Source of the DNA: an uncultured Chloroflexia bacterium
GTDB taxonomy: Bacteria; Chloroflexota; Limnocylindria; Limnocylindrales; CSP1-4
NCBI GenBank assembly: GCA_963713975.1
Contig: OY970218.1
Location: 2,432,001 to 2,496,000, forward strand
Direction of reading: 5' to 3'
Length of the DNA stretch: 64,000 bases
Shown here one piece after another: positions 1 through 10,188 of the stretch (position 1 is its first letter; each line of letters begins with the position of its first letter). Below the pieces are notes generated by a model. It was not told the origin of the DNA and searched no databases. It worked only from the letters and a program-made list of their open reading frames with translations. A program made the translations under genes and the position numbers.

Positions 1-691
1 CGCGGACATGAACACCCCAGCGATCCGGAACGTGATCGACGTGTGGGCCGACCAGACGACCGAGCTGGGCGAGCGCTTCCGCTGGGTCCAGGTCTTCGAG
101 AACCGCGGCGCGGCGATGGGCGCCAGCAACCCGCATCCCCACGGCCAGATCTGGGCGGGCGACGCCCTTCCCGTCGAGGCCGAGCGCGAGACCGCGGAAC
201 AGGCGCGCCACCACGCCGCCACCGGCCGACGCCTCCTCGCCGATTACGCCGTGGCTGAGCGGGGCGGGCCGCGCGTGATCCGGGACGAAGGCGGCTGGCT
301 GACCCTGGTCCCGTTCTGGGCCGCGTGGCCGTTCGAGACGATGCTCGTCCCGATCCAGCCGGCGGCCCGCCTGGCCGACCTGGACGATGCCGGACGCGAC
401 GGTCTCGCCGCCGCCCTGTCGGACCTGAACCGGCGCTACGACGCCCTGTTCCGGAGGCCGTTCCCGTTCTCGATGGGCTGGCACCAGGCCCCGTTCGGAG
501 CCGGCGACGCCGGGGCCGACGCCGGGGCCGACGACGCCGGGGCCTCGTGGCAGGTCCACGCCCACTTCCTGCCGCCGCTCCTGCGGGCAAGCGTGCGCAA
601 GTTCATGGTCGGCTACGAGCTGCTCGCGGAACCGCAGAGGGACTTGACCCCGGAGGAGGCTGCGGACCGGTTGCGCGACGCCTTGGGCTGA
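1..691 (+). CDS. galT: Galactose-1-phosphate uridylyltransferase, C-terminal part (5' end lies outside the window)
   Basis: FENRGAAMGASNPHPHGQIW active-site motif; VPFWAAWPFET and RKFMVGYELL motifs. Confidence 0.95.
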   Translation, partial: ADMNTPAIRNVIDVWADQTTELGERFRWVQVFENRGAAMGASNPHPHGQIWAGDALPVEAERETAEQARHHAATGRRLLADYAVAERGGPRVIRDEGGWLTLVPFWAAWPFETMLVPIQPAARLADLDDAGRDGLAAALSDLNRRYDALFRRPFPFSMGWHQAPFGAGDAGADAGADDAGASWQVHAHFLPPLLRASVRKFMVGYELLAEPQRDLTPEEAADRLRDALG

Positions 692-736
692 CCCCCGGGG
701 CCGGGTACGATGGACCCGCACCGGACAGGAGGCACC

Positions 737-2155
737 ATGCGGCTCTGGGGCGGTCGGTTCGGCGATGGGCCGGACGCGCGGATGGCGGACTTCACGCGGT
801 CGATCGAGGTGGACGCCGAGCTCGCGCTCGACGACATCGCCGGTTCGATCGCCCATGTGCGCGGCCTCGGGCGCGCCGGGCTGCTGACCGAGGACGAGGC
901 GCAGGTGCTGGAGCGCGGCCTCGTGTCCCTGCGCGACGACATCGTTGCGGGCAACGTGGCCTGGGATCCGGCCCTGGAAGACGTCCACATGAACCTCGAG
1001 ACCATGCTGACCGAGCGGGTCGGTGCGGTCGGCGGGAAGCTGCACACGGGGCGCTCGCGAAACGATCAGGTCGTCACGGACCTGCGCCTCTGGACGCGAC
1101 GGGCGATCGGGCGGCTCGACGAGGCGCTGCTCGGCCTCGAGCGGGCCCTGGTCGACCTCGCCGACCGCGACGGCGACGCGGTCCTGCCCGGCACGACCCA
1201 CATCCAGCCGGCCCAGCCCGTGCTGCTCGCCCACCACCTGCTCGCCTACGTCGAGATGCTGGAGCGGGACCGCGGCCGCCTTGCCGACGCACGTCGCCGC
1301 CTCAACGTGTCCCCGCTGGGGGCCGGCGCGCTGGCAGGATCCGGCTATCCGCTGGACCGCGAGACGACGGCCGCCGAGCTCGGCTTCGACGGGGTGACCG
1401 CGAACTCCCTCGACGCCGTGTCGGACCGCGACTTCGTGGTCGAGGTCATGGCGGCCGTGGCGCTGGCCATGGTCCATCTCAGCCGCCTTGCCGAGGAGCT
1501 CACCTGGTGGTCGAACCCGCGCTTCGGGTTCGTGCGCGTGGCCGACGCGTTCTCGACCGGCTCCTCGATGATGCCGAACAAGAAGAACCCGGACCCCGCG
1601 GAGCTGGTCCGCGGACGCGCCGCGGGGGTCATTGGCGGGCTCGCCGGGATGCTGGCGCTGATCAAGGGCCTGCCGCTGGCGTACCAGCGCGATCTCCAGG
1701 AGGACAAGCCGGCGTTCTTCGCGGCGGTGACCACCCTGGAGACGTCGCTGGGTGTGATGGCCGGCCTGGTCGAGACCCTCGTCATCGACCGCATCCGGAT
1801 GCGCGATGCCGCCGAGGAGGGGTACACCACGGCCACGGCCCTTGCGGACGCGTTGGTCCTGCGCGGCGTCCCGTTCCGTGCGGCCCACCACATCGTCGGC
1901 GGGCTGGTCGGCGGTGCCGAGGCAGAGGGGATCGCGACGCTCGCCGGGCTCCCCGACGAGGCATTCCGGGCGGCCCTGGACGGGTCCGACGATCCCGTCG
2001 CTCGCGGACTGGCGACGAAGCGGGGGATCGCGGTGACCCTGCGAGCCACGGCAACCCTCGAGGGTGCCCTCGCGTCGGCGGACGTGACCGGCGGGACGGC
2101 CCCTGGCCGGGTGGCCGCGGCGCTGGCGGCTGCAAAGGAGCGCCTCGGCGCCTGA
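737..2155 (+). CDS. argH: Argininosuccinate lyase
   Basis: LWGGRF N-terminus, LHTGRSRNDQ, STGSSMMPNKKNPD signature; GGAGG SD before ATG 737. Confidence 0.97.
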   Translation: MRLWGGRFGDGPDARMADFTRSIEVDAELALDDIAGSIAHVRGLGRAGLLTEDEAQVLERGLVSLRDDIVAGNVAWDPALEDVHMNLETMLTERVGAVGGKLHTGRSRNDQVVTDLRLWTRRAIGRLDEALLGLERALVDLADRDGDAVLPGTTHIQPAQPVLLAHHLLAYVEMLERDRGRLADARRRLNVSPLGAGALAGSGYPLDRETTAAELGFDGVTANSLDAVSDRDFVVEVMAAVALAMVHLSRLAEELTWWSNPRFGFVRVADAFSTGSSMMPNKKNPDPAELVRGRAAGVIGGLAGMLALIKGLPLAYQRDLQEDKPAFFAAVTTLETSLGVMAGLVETLVIDRIRMRDAAEEGYTTATALADALVLRGVPFRAAHHIVGGLVGGAEAEGIATLAGLPDEAFRAALDGSDDPVARGLATKRGIAVTLRATATLEGALASADVTGGTAPGRVAAALAAAKERLGA

Positions 2156-2237
2156 CGTGGCCGATTCCGAACCGGTCGGCCCTCCCCGGCACGCTCGGGG
2201 CGCGCTAGGATCGGACCACCGACCCTGAGGTGCTCCC

Positions 2238-3347
2238 GTGCTATCGCTCGACACCATCCACCAGGCGCCCAAGGCGCTGCTCCACGACCACCTCGACGGC
2301 GGCCTTCGGCCGGCGACGATCGTGGACCTGGCGCGCGAGTACGGCTATCGCGACCTCCCGACCGAGGATGTCGGGGAGCTCGCCGCGTGGTTCCGCCGCG
2401 GAGCGGATCGCAAGAGCCTCGAGCTGTACCTCGAGACCTTCACCCACACGGTGGGCGTGATGCAGGATCGCGACGCCATAGCCCGGATCGCCTCCGAGTG
2501 TGCGGAGGACCTTGCCGCGGACGGCGTCATCTATGCGGAGGTCCGCTTCGCGCCCGAGCTCTCCACCCAGAAGTCGCTGTCCCCGGACGAGGTCGTTGAG
2601 GCCGTGCTGGAGGGGTTCCGTGATGGCATGACACGGGCGGCCGCCGCCGGTCATCCCATCGTCGTGCGGGCGCTCGTGACAGCCATGCGCCAGGCCGCCC
2701 GATCCACGGAGATCGCGGAGCTGGCCGTCCGCTACCGCGACGACGGGGTCGTGGGCTTCGACATCGCCGGTCCCGAGGCGGGCTACCGGCCCACCCGGCA
2801 CCTCGCCGCCTTCGAGCACCTCCGGCGTGAGAGCGTCCACATCACCATCCACGCCGGCGAGTCGTTCGGGCTGCCGTCCATCCGGGAGGCGATCTCGGAC
2901 TGTGGCTCCGAGCGCCTGGGGCACGGGAACCGGATCATCGACGACATCATCGTCGATCCCGACGGCACCGTGCACCTGGGGCGCCTCGCCGCCTTCGTGC
3001 GCGACGCGCGCATCCCGCTCGAGCTCTGCCCGACGTCCAACCTCCACACCGGTGGTGTGGCGTCGATCGCGGAGCACCCGTTTGACCTCCTCCGCCGGCT
3101 GCGCTTCCGGGTGACCGTGAACACGGACAACCGGCTGATGAGTGGTGTCTCGATGACGTCCGAGATGAAGGTGCTCGACGGGACCTTCGGCCTGGGCCTG
3201 GGCGAGATGGAGTGGCTGACGATCAACGCCCTCAAGTCCGCGTTCATCCCGTTCGACGAGCGCCTGTACCTGATCAATGAGGTGATCAAGCCCGGCTATG
3301 CGCACCTGCGCGCGCGGGATGTGCACGCCGTGGCCTCGCACGGCTGA
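2238..3347 (+). CDS. add: Adenosine deaminase
   Basis: [27 protein letters not shown] and VNTDN motifs. Confidence 0.93.
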   Translation: MLSLDTIHQAPKALLHDHLDGGLRPATIVDLAREYGYRDLPTEDVGELAAWFRRGADRKSLELYLETFTHTVGVMQDRDAIARIASECAEDLAADGVIYAEVRFAPELSTQKSLSPDEVVEAVLEGFRDGMTRAAAAGHPIVVRALVTAMRQAARSTEIAELAVRYRDDGVVGFDIAGPEAGYRPTRHLAAFEHLRRESVHITIHAGESFGLPSIREAISDCGSERLGHGNRIIDDIIVDPDGTVHLGRLAAFVRDARIPLELCPTSNLHTGGVASIAEHPFDLLRRLRFRVTVNTDNRLMSGVSMTSEMKVLDGTFGLGLGEMEWLTINALKSAFIPFDERLYLINEVIKPGYAHLRARDVHAVASHG

Positions 3348-3413
3348 TCCGTCGCCGGGCACGCCGCCGGTCGGGCCGAGGCACGCCGCTGCCCGCCGGG
3401 GCTGACCAGCACC

Positions 3414-4748
3414 TCAGGCGATCGGCAGAGCCACCACGAAGCGCGATCCGCCGAACCCGTTCTTCTCGATCCAGACCCGACCGCCCATCGCCTCCATCAG
3501 GCGACGCGCGGCGAACAGGCCGATCCCGGAGCCTCGGGAGCGTGCGCGGTCCACGCGGACGTAGGGCTCGAACACGGCATCCCAGTCCTCGATCGGTACG
3601 CCTGGGCCATCGTCCGTGATGTAGACCTGGATCTCCTCGGCGGTCACCCAGACCCCGAGCGAGACCGCCCGTTCGGGCGGCGCGTACTTGGCCTCGTTGT
3701 CCAGGAGCTGTTCCAGGACCTGACGGAAGCGCACCTCGTCGCCACGTGCCACCAGCGGGTGGTCCGGCGGCACCCAGCGCACCGCCCGGGTCCGCAACAG
3801 GAGGGCGAGGTTTCCAACGGTCCGGTCGATCGCGTACACGACGTCAAACGGCTCGCGGTGGAGGCCGGTGAGGCCCTCGCCACGGACGGACGCCAGGATG
3901 GAGTCCACCAGGCGGTCGAGGCGCGTGACCTGGTCGGTCGCCCCGGCATGCCAGTTCCGCACCGCCATCGCAGACGATTCGTCGGCGTTCGCGATCGCGG
4001 CGTCGACCAGCAGGTCCACGTAGGCCCGCACAACGGCGAGCGGCGTGCGGAGCTCGTGGGTGACCACGGACAGCAGCTCGGCCCGGGCGGCGTCGAGCTG
4101 CGACAGCCGGTCCAACTGTGCCTCGGCCTCGGCCTGCACACGCCCCTTCTCGACGATGCCGGCGAGCAGCGCGGCGATCGTGGCGAGGAACTCGATCTCC
4201 GATGCCTCGAAGTCGCGCTGCTCCCGGGTCTGCACGTTGATGACGCCGATCACCTGCTCATCCCACACGAGCGGCACCGACAGCATCGCGTGCAACCCGG
4301 CGATGTCGAAGCCGCGAACCCACGAGAACCGCGGGTCGCTGGTCACGTCGTGCGACGCCATCGGCTTGCGCTCCGCGGCGGCGCGTCCGGTCAGGCCCTC
4401 GCCCAGCTGCAGGCTCACGCGGCCGACCTGGTCCGTGTCCAGACCGTTCGTCGCTGCCAGGGTCAGGGTCAGGCCGTCACGGTCGAGGAGGTAGAACGAG
4501 CAGACCTCGACCGCCATCGCCACGGTCGTGCGGTCGACCACGGTGCGCATGAGCTCGTCCCAGTCGCGCGCCTGCGTTGCCAGCTGGGCGAACTCGTGCA
4601 GGAAGGCGAGACGGTTGATCTGCTCGAGATGGGCATCGTGGACCGGCTCGGGATCGGGCGCGCCACGGTGCTTTGCCTGCGCGCCGGCGACGGACGCGGG
4701 ATCTGCGGGTGCGGGCCCGGTGTCGTGGGCGGGGTCAGGGTGGCTCAC
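3414..4748 (-). CDS. Cytoplasmic GAF-domain sensor histidine kinase
   Basis: GAF domain (CSFYLLD...GEGLTG...SVPL...GVINVQ); H-box SVVTHELRTPL; N-box LLDNEAKY; G-boxes DDGPG and GSGIGL; no TM segment. Confidence 0.92.
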   Translation of the reverse strand: MSHPDPAHDTGPAPADPASVAGAQAKHRGAPDPEPVHDAHLEQINRLAFLHEFAQLATQARDWDELMRTVVDRTTVAMAVEVCSFYLLDRDGLTLTLAATNGLDTDQVGRVSLQLGEGLTGRAAAERKPMASHDVTSDPRFSWVRGFDIAGLHAMLSVPLVWDEQVIGVINVQTREQRDFEASEIEFLATIAALLAGIVEKGRVQAEAEAQLDRLSQLDAARAELLSVVTHELRTPLAVVRAYVDLLVDAAIANADESSAMAVRNWHAGATDQVTRLDRLVDSILASVRGEGLTGLHREPFDVVYAIDRTVGNLALLLRTRAVRWVPPDHPLVARGDEVRFRQVLEQLLDNEAKYAPPERAVSLGVWVTAEEIQVYITDDGPGVPIEDWDAVFEPYVRVDRARSRGSGIGLFAARRLMEAMGGRVWIEKNGFGGSRFVVALPIA

Positions 4749-4803
4749 GACATCACCCTACGGCATCGGGGCCGCGGCGTGCCGGCCTCGGAGCGACGAG
4801 GGC

Positions 4804-6087
4804 TCAGCCCGGGATGCTGTCGTCCCCGGCGATGCTCACGGGCAGCCCCGCGAGAAGCGGGTCCGTCCAGGTCCAGGCCGCGCCGTGATGGCTCCCGACG
4901 GCGCCATGGCGTGCGGCCTCCACCCGGAGCGGCAGGCCGAAGATCTCGATGAACCCCACGGCGGCGGCATGGTCAAAGGCGTCGCCCTCGTCGTACGTCG
5001 CCAGGTTCCTGTCATACAGGCTCAGGGGGGAGCGCCGTCCGATGACCGCCGCCCGCCCGTGGTCCAGGCGCATCCGCACGTCCCCCGACACCACCCGCTG
5101 GGACGAGAGGGCGTACGCCCGCAGGTCACGCGAGAGGGCGCTGAACCACAGGCCGTCGTAGATGATCTGGGCCAGCTCGTCCGAGACCAGGCGGTTGAAC
5201 CGCAGCTGCTCCTTGGACAGCACGAGGCCCTCGAGCGCGTGGTGCGCGGTGTGCAGGATCACGGCGGCCGGGGCCTCGTAGACCTCCCGGCTCTTGATCC
5301 CGACCAGGCGGTCCTCAACGTGATCGATCCGGCCGACGCCATGCGCGGCGCCCAGCTCGTGGAGCCGCTCAACCAGCGCCACGCCACCGAGGGACTCGCC
5401 GTCGAGGGACACCGGGATGCCGCCCTCGAAGCCGATCACGATATCGACCGGGTCCGGTGCGTCCTTGGGGGCCACGGTCCAGGCGTAGGCGTCGTCGGGC
5501 GGGGTCACCCAGGGGTCTTCGAGGACGCCCGTCTCGCACGACCGGCCCCAGAGGTTCACGTCGATGGAGTACGGGGACGACTTGGTGATCGGGATCTCAA
5601 TACCCCGCTCGTTCGCGTAGTCGATCGACTGGTCGCGCGACAGGCCCATCCCGACGCGCATCGGCGCTACGACCTCGAGCCCCGGATCCAGCGCGTGGAC
5701 AGCGATGTCGAACCGGACCTGGTCGTTGCCCTTGCCGGTGCAGCCGTGGGCGACGGCGTCGGCGCCCTCCTTCTGGGCCACCTCGACCAGGAGCTGGGCG
5801 AGCAGCGGCCGGGCGAGGGCCGTGGCCAGCGGGTAGGCGCCCTGGTAGACGGCGTTGGCCTGGAGCGCCCGCCAGACGTACTGGCTCACGAACGTCTCCC
5901 TGGCATCCACGACGTACGCCCTGGAGGCTCCGGCCGACATCGCGCGGCGCTCGACACCCTCCCGGATGGAGCCGCCGCCGAGGTCGACGGTGAGCGTCAC
6001 CACCTCGGCCCCGTGCTGCTCCTTGAGCCAGGCGACGGCGACGGACGTATCGAGTCCGCCGGAATAGGCGAGCACGACCTTCTTCAT
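4804..6087 (-). CDS. argG: Argininosuccinate synthase
   Basis: VVLAYSGGLDTS, HGCTGKGNDQVRF and GIKSREVYEAP motifs. Confidence 0.98.
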   Translation of the reverse strand: MKKVVLAYSGGLDTSVAVAWLKEQHGAEVVTLTVDLGGGSIREGVERRAMSAGASRAYVVDARETFVSQYVWRALQANAVYQGAYPLATALARPLLAQLLVEVAQKEGADAVAHGCTGKGNDQVRFDIAVHALDPGLEVVAPMRVGMGLSRDQSIDYANERGIEIPITKSSPYSIDVNLWGRSCETGVLEDPWVTPPDDAYAWTVAPKDAPDPVDIVIGFEGGIPVSLDGESLGGVALVERLHELGAAHGVGRIDHVEDRLVGIKSREVYEAPAAVILHTAHHALEGLVLSKEQLRFNRLVSDELAQIIYDGLWFSALSRDLRAYALSSQRVVSGDVRMRLDHGRAAVIGRRSPLSLYDRNLATYDEGDAFDHAAAVGFIEIFGLPLRVEAARHGAVGSHHGAAWTWTDPLLAGLPVSIAGDDSIPG

Positions 6088-6584
6088 CGGGACATGGCCT
6101 CCATGTGCTGCGCCATCGGGACCGGCGCGTTGATCGCTTCGAAGCGCGCGAGCCAGCGCAGGAGGGCGGGCTCGTCGGGGAAGAGGACGAGGAGCGTGTT
6201 GTCGCCGGCCACCGTGCCGACCTGGTCGGCGAGCGTGGACTCGTCGATCGCCTGGGCGATGACGCTGGCGGTGCCGGGCTGCCCGGAGAGGACGAGGATC
6301 AGGCCGCTCCGGCCGATCGTGACGGGGACGTCCGCGAGGATCCGTCTCAGCCGTTCGTCGGACGGGGGCTGCCGAGCGCCGATGTCCTCGGGCACCACGT
6401 AGATGGAGTGGCCGCCACGCATGACCTTGGCGAGGCCGAGCTCCGCGACGTCGCGACTCACCGTCGCCTGGGTGACCTCGAAGCCCAGCCCCGAGAGCGC
6501 GCCCACGAGATCGCCCTGGCTGGTGATGGAGCCGGCCGCCACCAGCTGTCGGATGGCAAGGTGCCGGTCCCGCTTGACCATCAT
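6084..6584 (-). CDS. argR: Arginine repressor
   Basis: TQATVSRD wHTH motif and GTVAGDNT arginine-binding motif; position within the arg operon. Confidence 0.95.
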   Translation of the reverse strand: MMVKRDRHLAIRQLVAAGSITSQGDLVGALSGLGFEVTQATVSRDVAELGLAKVMRGGHSIYVVPEDIGARQPPSDERLRRILADVPVTIGRSGLILVLSGQPGTASVIAQAIDESTLADQVGTVAGDNTLLVLFPDEPALLRWLARFEAINAPVPMAQHMEAMSR

Positions 6585-6588
6585 CGCG

Positions 6589-7371
6589 TCAGCCCGCCCC
6601 GGCATGGGCCCGAGCGCTGATGCGGGTGCCGAATGTCGGGTCGCTGAGCGAGCGGGCCAGCGCATCGGGGACCGAGCCGTCGGCGATGATCGCCTCGGCG
6701 CCATCCCACGCGAGGGCCGAGAGGGCCGCCCTGACCTTGGGGACCATCCCGCCGTGGATCGTGCCGTCCGCGATGAGGGCCTCGGCCTCGGCCGGCGTGA
6801 CGGAGTCCAGCTTGTGGCCGGCGGCGTCGCGCACGCCGTCGACGTCCGTCATCAGCACCAGCTGCCGGGCGCCGGTGCCTGCGGCGAGACCCGCGGCCGC
6901 GTCGTCCGCGTTGACGTTGCAGACGACGCCGGCCTCGTCGCGGGCGAGGGGTGCCACCACGGGGACCTGGCCGCCCACGAGGAGCTGGTCCAGCAGGTCG
7001 CGGCGGAGGCCCGTGACCGTGGCCACGAGGCCCACGCCCGGAAGGCGGTGCCCGATGAGCAGACCGCCGTCGACGCCCGAGAGGCCGACGGCGTCGCAGC
7101 CCGCATCTCGGAGGGTCGCGACCAGCTCGCTGTTGACGACGCCCCGCAGGACTGCGGCGGCCACCTCCAGCACCTCGGGGTCGGTGACCCGGATCCCGTT
7201 CTCGAAGCGCGTCTGGACGCCCATCCGGTCCAGCCACTCGGTGATCCGCTTGCCGCCGCCGTGGACGAGCACGATCGGCCGCCTGCGCGCCACCGCCGCG
7301 ACCTCGACCAGGACCTGGCGCTGCTCCGCGAGCGTGGTGCCCCCGAGCTTGACGACCACGATCTCGCTCAC
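6589..7371 (-). CDS. argB: Acetylglutamate kinase
   Basis: VVKLGG, VHGGG, NVNAD, MTDVDGV and GGMVPK motifs. Confidence 0.96.
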   Translation of the reverse strand: MSEIVVVKLGGTTLAEQRQVLVEVAAVARRRPIVLVHGGGKRITEWLDRMGVQTRFENGIRVTDPEVLEVAAAVLRGVVNSELVATLRDAGCDAVGLSGVDGGLLIGHRLPGVGLVATVTGLRRDLLDQLLVGGQVPVVAPLARDEAGVVCNVNADDAAAGLAAGTGARQLVLMTDVDGVRDAAGHKLDSVTPAEAEALIADGTIHGGMVPKVRAALSALAWDGAEAIIADGSVPDALARSLSDPTFGTRISARAHAGAG

Positions 7372-8747
7372 GTCGTGTACTCCGAGTTCTCCTTCACGTA
7401 GCCCTCCGTGAGGGGACAGCCGAACGCCTCCCCGGTGCCGGTCCCGATCCCGAGGTCGAGGCGGATGAGGACGTCGTCGGCCGCCATCGCAAGGCTCGCC
7501 GCGGTCTTGTCGATGGCCGTCGGGCCGCCCTGCGAGCCGTCGTAGGCGAGATGCCCGGCGACCGCGATTCGCAGCGTCGCGGGATCCACCGTGGCGGGCC
7601 GGCCGGCGCGACCGGCGGCCTCCGCTGGTGGCAAGCCGGCGGCCTCCAGGATGAATGCCTCGGCCACCACCGCGTTTCCGGCGGCGCCGGCGATCCGACC
7701 CCAGTTGGGATCCCGGCCGTGGACCGCCGCCTTGACCAGCGACGACGAGATCACGGCCCGCGCGACCGCACGGGCGTCGGCATCGTCCGCGGCCCCGCTG
7801 ACCTGGCAGGTGATGAGCGACGAGGCGCCTTCGCCGTCACGGGCCTGCTGGCGGGCGAGGTCCCGGGCCACGGCCTCGAGACCGTGGCGCAACACCGCCC
7901 GGACAGCGCGGTCCTCGTCCGCGGAGACGGCCCCGGCGGCACCCGAAGCGAGCAGGAGGACGGTGTCATTGGTGCTGGTATCGCCGTCCACCGACAGCTG
8001 GTCCCACGTGGTTGCGGCGACGCCGCGGAGCAGCTCGTGGAGGGTGGACGGCGAGGCGGTCGCGTCCGTGAGCACCACCGAGAGCATCGTCGCCATCCGC
8101 GGGTGGATCATGCCCACGCCCTTGGCGATCCCGGTCACGGTGACGTCTACCGTTCCCGTGCCGTCCGCGGCGGGGGCAGAGAGCGTGACGGAGGCCATCT
8201 TCGTCGTGGAGTCCGTCGTGCGCAGGGACTCGGCGGCGGCCTCGAGGGCCTCGTCGCCTGTGCTCAGGCCGCCGGCGGTCACCAGCGCCACGGCTTCGGT
8301 CACCTTGTCCAGCGGCAGCCTGGCCCCGATGACGCCTGTGGAGAGATGGAGGATCTGTTCCGGGGTCGCTCCGAGGGCACCGGCAACCGCATCCCCGATG
8401 GCGGCCTGGTCCGCGTCGCCGGCCGGCCCCGTGGCGGCATTGGCGCTGCCGGAGGTCGCGATCAAGGCCCTTGCATAGCCGGCGGCGGCGTCCGTGCCAC
8501 CGGTCGCCCGCAGGTTGGCCGTCGTGATGCGCACCGGGGCCGCCGCGAACCGGTTCCGCGTGACGACCGCCGCGGCGGGCACGGGTCCGTCCTTGGCGGC
8601 GATGATGGCGAGGTCCCGGCGACCGGATGCCTTGATCCCCGCCGCGATCCCCGCCGCGACGAATCCCGCCGGGATCCGTGCCGCACGCTCGACGGCGGGC
8701 AGGTTGGCGGGCAGCGGCGCGAGCAGCGGATCGGTGGCGATGGGCAC
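7368..8747 (-). CDS. argJ: Ornithine acetyltransferase / N-acetylglutamate synthase
   Basis: AKGVGMIHPRMATML autoprocessing site, VDGDTSTND, DGEGA, DPNWGRI and C-terminal NSEYTT. Confidence 0.97.
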   Translation of the reverse strand: MPIATDPLLAPLPANLPAVERAARIPAGFVAAGIAAGIKASGRRDLAIIAAKDGPVPAAAVVTRNRFAAAPVRITTANLRATGGTDAAAGYARALIATSGSANAATGPAGDADQAAIGDAVAGALGATPEQILHLSTGVIGARLPLDKVTEAVALVTAGGLSTGDEALEAAAESLRTTDSTTKMASVTLSAPAADGTGTVDVTVTGIAKGVGMIHPRMATMLSVVLTDATASPSTLHELLRGVAATTWDQLSVDGDTSTNDTVLLLASGAAGAVSADEDRAVRAVLRHGLEAVARDLARQQARDGEGASSLITCQVSGAADDADARAVARAVISSSLVKAAVHGRDPNWGRIAGAAGNAVVAEAFILEAAGLPPAEAAGRAGRPATVDPATLRIAVAGHLAYDGSQGGPTAIDKTAASLAMAADDVLIRLDLGIGTGTGEAFGCPLTEGYVKENSEYTT

Positions 8748-8771
8748 GGGCGAGCCTCTTGGGGCGGCGCG

Positions 8772-9887
8772 CTAGGGCGCGAGCGGGAGCTGGAGGAGGC
8801 CGGACGGCTCCGGCATGCCGTGGACGACGTTGAAGGCCTGGATCGCCTGGCCGGCGGCGCCCTTGACCAGGTTGTCCAGGACGCCGATGGCGAGCACCCT
8901 GCCCGTGCGCTCGTCCACGCGGCAGAAGACGCGGAACTCGTTGCTGCCCAGGACGTGCTTGGTTGCCGGGGCGTGGTCCACGACCGAGATGAAGGGCTCT
9001 TCGCCGTAGGCCGTCGCGTACAGGTCGTCGAGCTCCTGCTGAGTCACGGGGCGGGTCGGCCGCACATGGCAGGCCGAGAGGATCCCGCGGGTCATCGGGA
9101 CGAGGTGGGGCAGGAAGTCGATGCCGCTGGCGCCGGGGTTGGCGCCCGGGATGGGGGACTGCCCGAGCAGCTCCTGCTCGATCTCGCCGATATGGCGATG
9201 GGTGAAGATGCCGTACGCCCGGACGCTCTCGTTGACCTCGCCGAAGTGGAGGTCTGACTTGGGGTCCCGGCCCGCGCCCGACACGCCGCTCTTGGCGTCC
9301 ACCACGACGTCTGCGATCAACCCGGCCCGGGCGAGGGGTGCCAGGGCCAGGATCGTGGTCGTCGCGTAGCAGCCCGGCGAGCCGACGATCGCGCCGGGCT
9401 TCGTGCCCAGCGCGGCCAGCTCCGCGCGATGCAGCTCCGGCAGGCCGTACACGGCGGTCGGGAGCAGGTCCGGCCGTGGGTGGTCGAAGTGGTACCAGGT
9501 CGGGTAGTCCGCGGCATCGCGGAACCGGAAGTCCGGGCCCAGGTCGATGACGGTTTGCCCGCGGTCCAGGAACTCGTCGATGCGGGCCGCGACGACACCG
9601 TGGGGGAGCGCGAGGAACACCGCCTCGGCGTCCTCGGGCACCTGGTCGTAGACGTGCAGGTCTCGCGTGGCCAAGTGCGGATGGATGTGCGCGATCGGGT
9701 CGCCCTTGCGCTCGCGGCCCACGAGGCCCGTGATGGTCACGTGCGGGTGAAGTGCCAGGAGCCGGATCAGCTCCGCCCCGACGTAGCCCGTGGCGCCCAC
9801 GATCGCGACGCGGATCGGGCCTTCGCCCCGCAACGCTCGCGATCCACGATCCGCCGCGAGCCCCGCGCCCGCCGACCCCGCGCTCAC
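8772..9887 (-). CDS. argC: N-acetyl-gamma-glutamyl-phosphate reductase
   Basis: GATGYVG, SPGCY, SGVSGAGR and DNLVKGAAGQA motifs. Confidence 0.97.
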   Translation of the reverse strand: MSAGSAGAGLAADRGSRALRGEGPIRVAIVGATGYVGAELIRLLALHPHVTITGLVGRERKGDPIAHIHPHLATRDLHVYDQVPEDAEAVFLALPHGVVAARIDEFLDRGQTVIDLGPDFRFRDAADYPTWYHFDHPRPDLLPTAVYGLPELHRAELAALGTKPGAIVGSPGCYATTTILALAPLARAGLIADVVVDAKSGVSGAGRDPKSDLHFGEVNESVRAYGIFTHRHIGEIEQELLGQSPIPGANPGASGIDFLPHLVPMTRGILSACHVRPTRPVTQQELDDLYATAYGEEPFISVVDHAPATKHVLGSNEFRVFCRVDERTGRVLAIGVLDNLVKGAAGQAIQAFNVVHGMPEPSGLLQLPLAP

Positions 9888-9952
9888 GGGCGCGTCTTGC
9901 CGCTCTCCGGCGGCAGGTCGGTGGGAGTGGAGGTCGGGCGGAGCGTGATCAC

Positions 9953-9987
9953 CGAATGACTATACAGTCGACTGCATAGTCATGCAA
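9953..9987 (-). promoter_or_regulatory. arg operon sigma70 promoter overlapped by tandem ARG boxes (ArgR operator)
   Basis: Minus strand TTGCAT-N17-TATAGT. Plus strand CGAATGACTATACA-gtcgac-TGCATAGTCATGCA is an AT-rich near-palindrome matching two ARG boxes directly upstream of argC. Confidence 0.9.
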
Positions 9988-10188
9988 TCGCGTTGCTGGC
10001 CGCCGGGCGCCCCGCCCCCGTCCCCGCCGTCGTGCCGTGCGCGGCAGGCACGGTCGCCCGCCCCGCACGCTGCCGCCGTGCGCCGCTGCACGGGTACCGC
10101 GTCGCCGTGCGCCCCACGCACGGTTCCGCACGCCCGCGCCACCGCACGCCCGCGGTCCGCCGCACGCCTTGCGCCGGCACAGCCTCCG

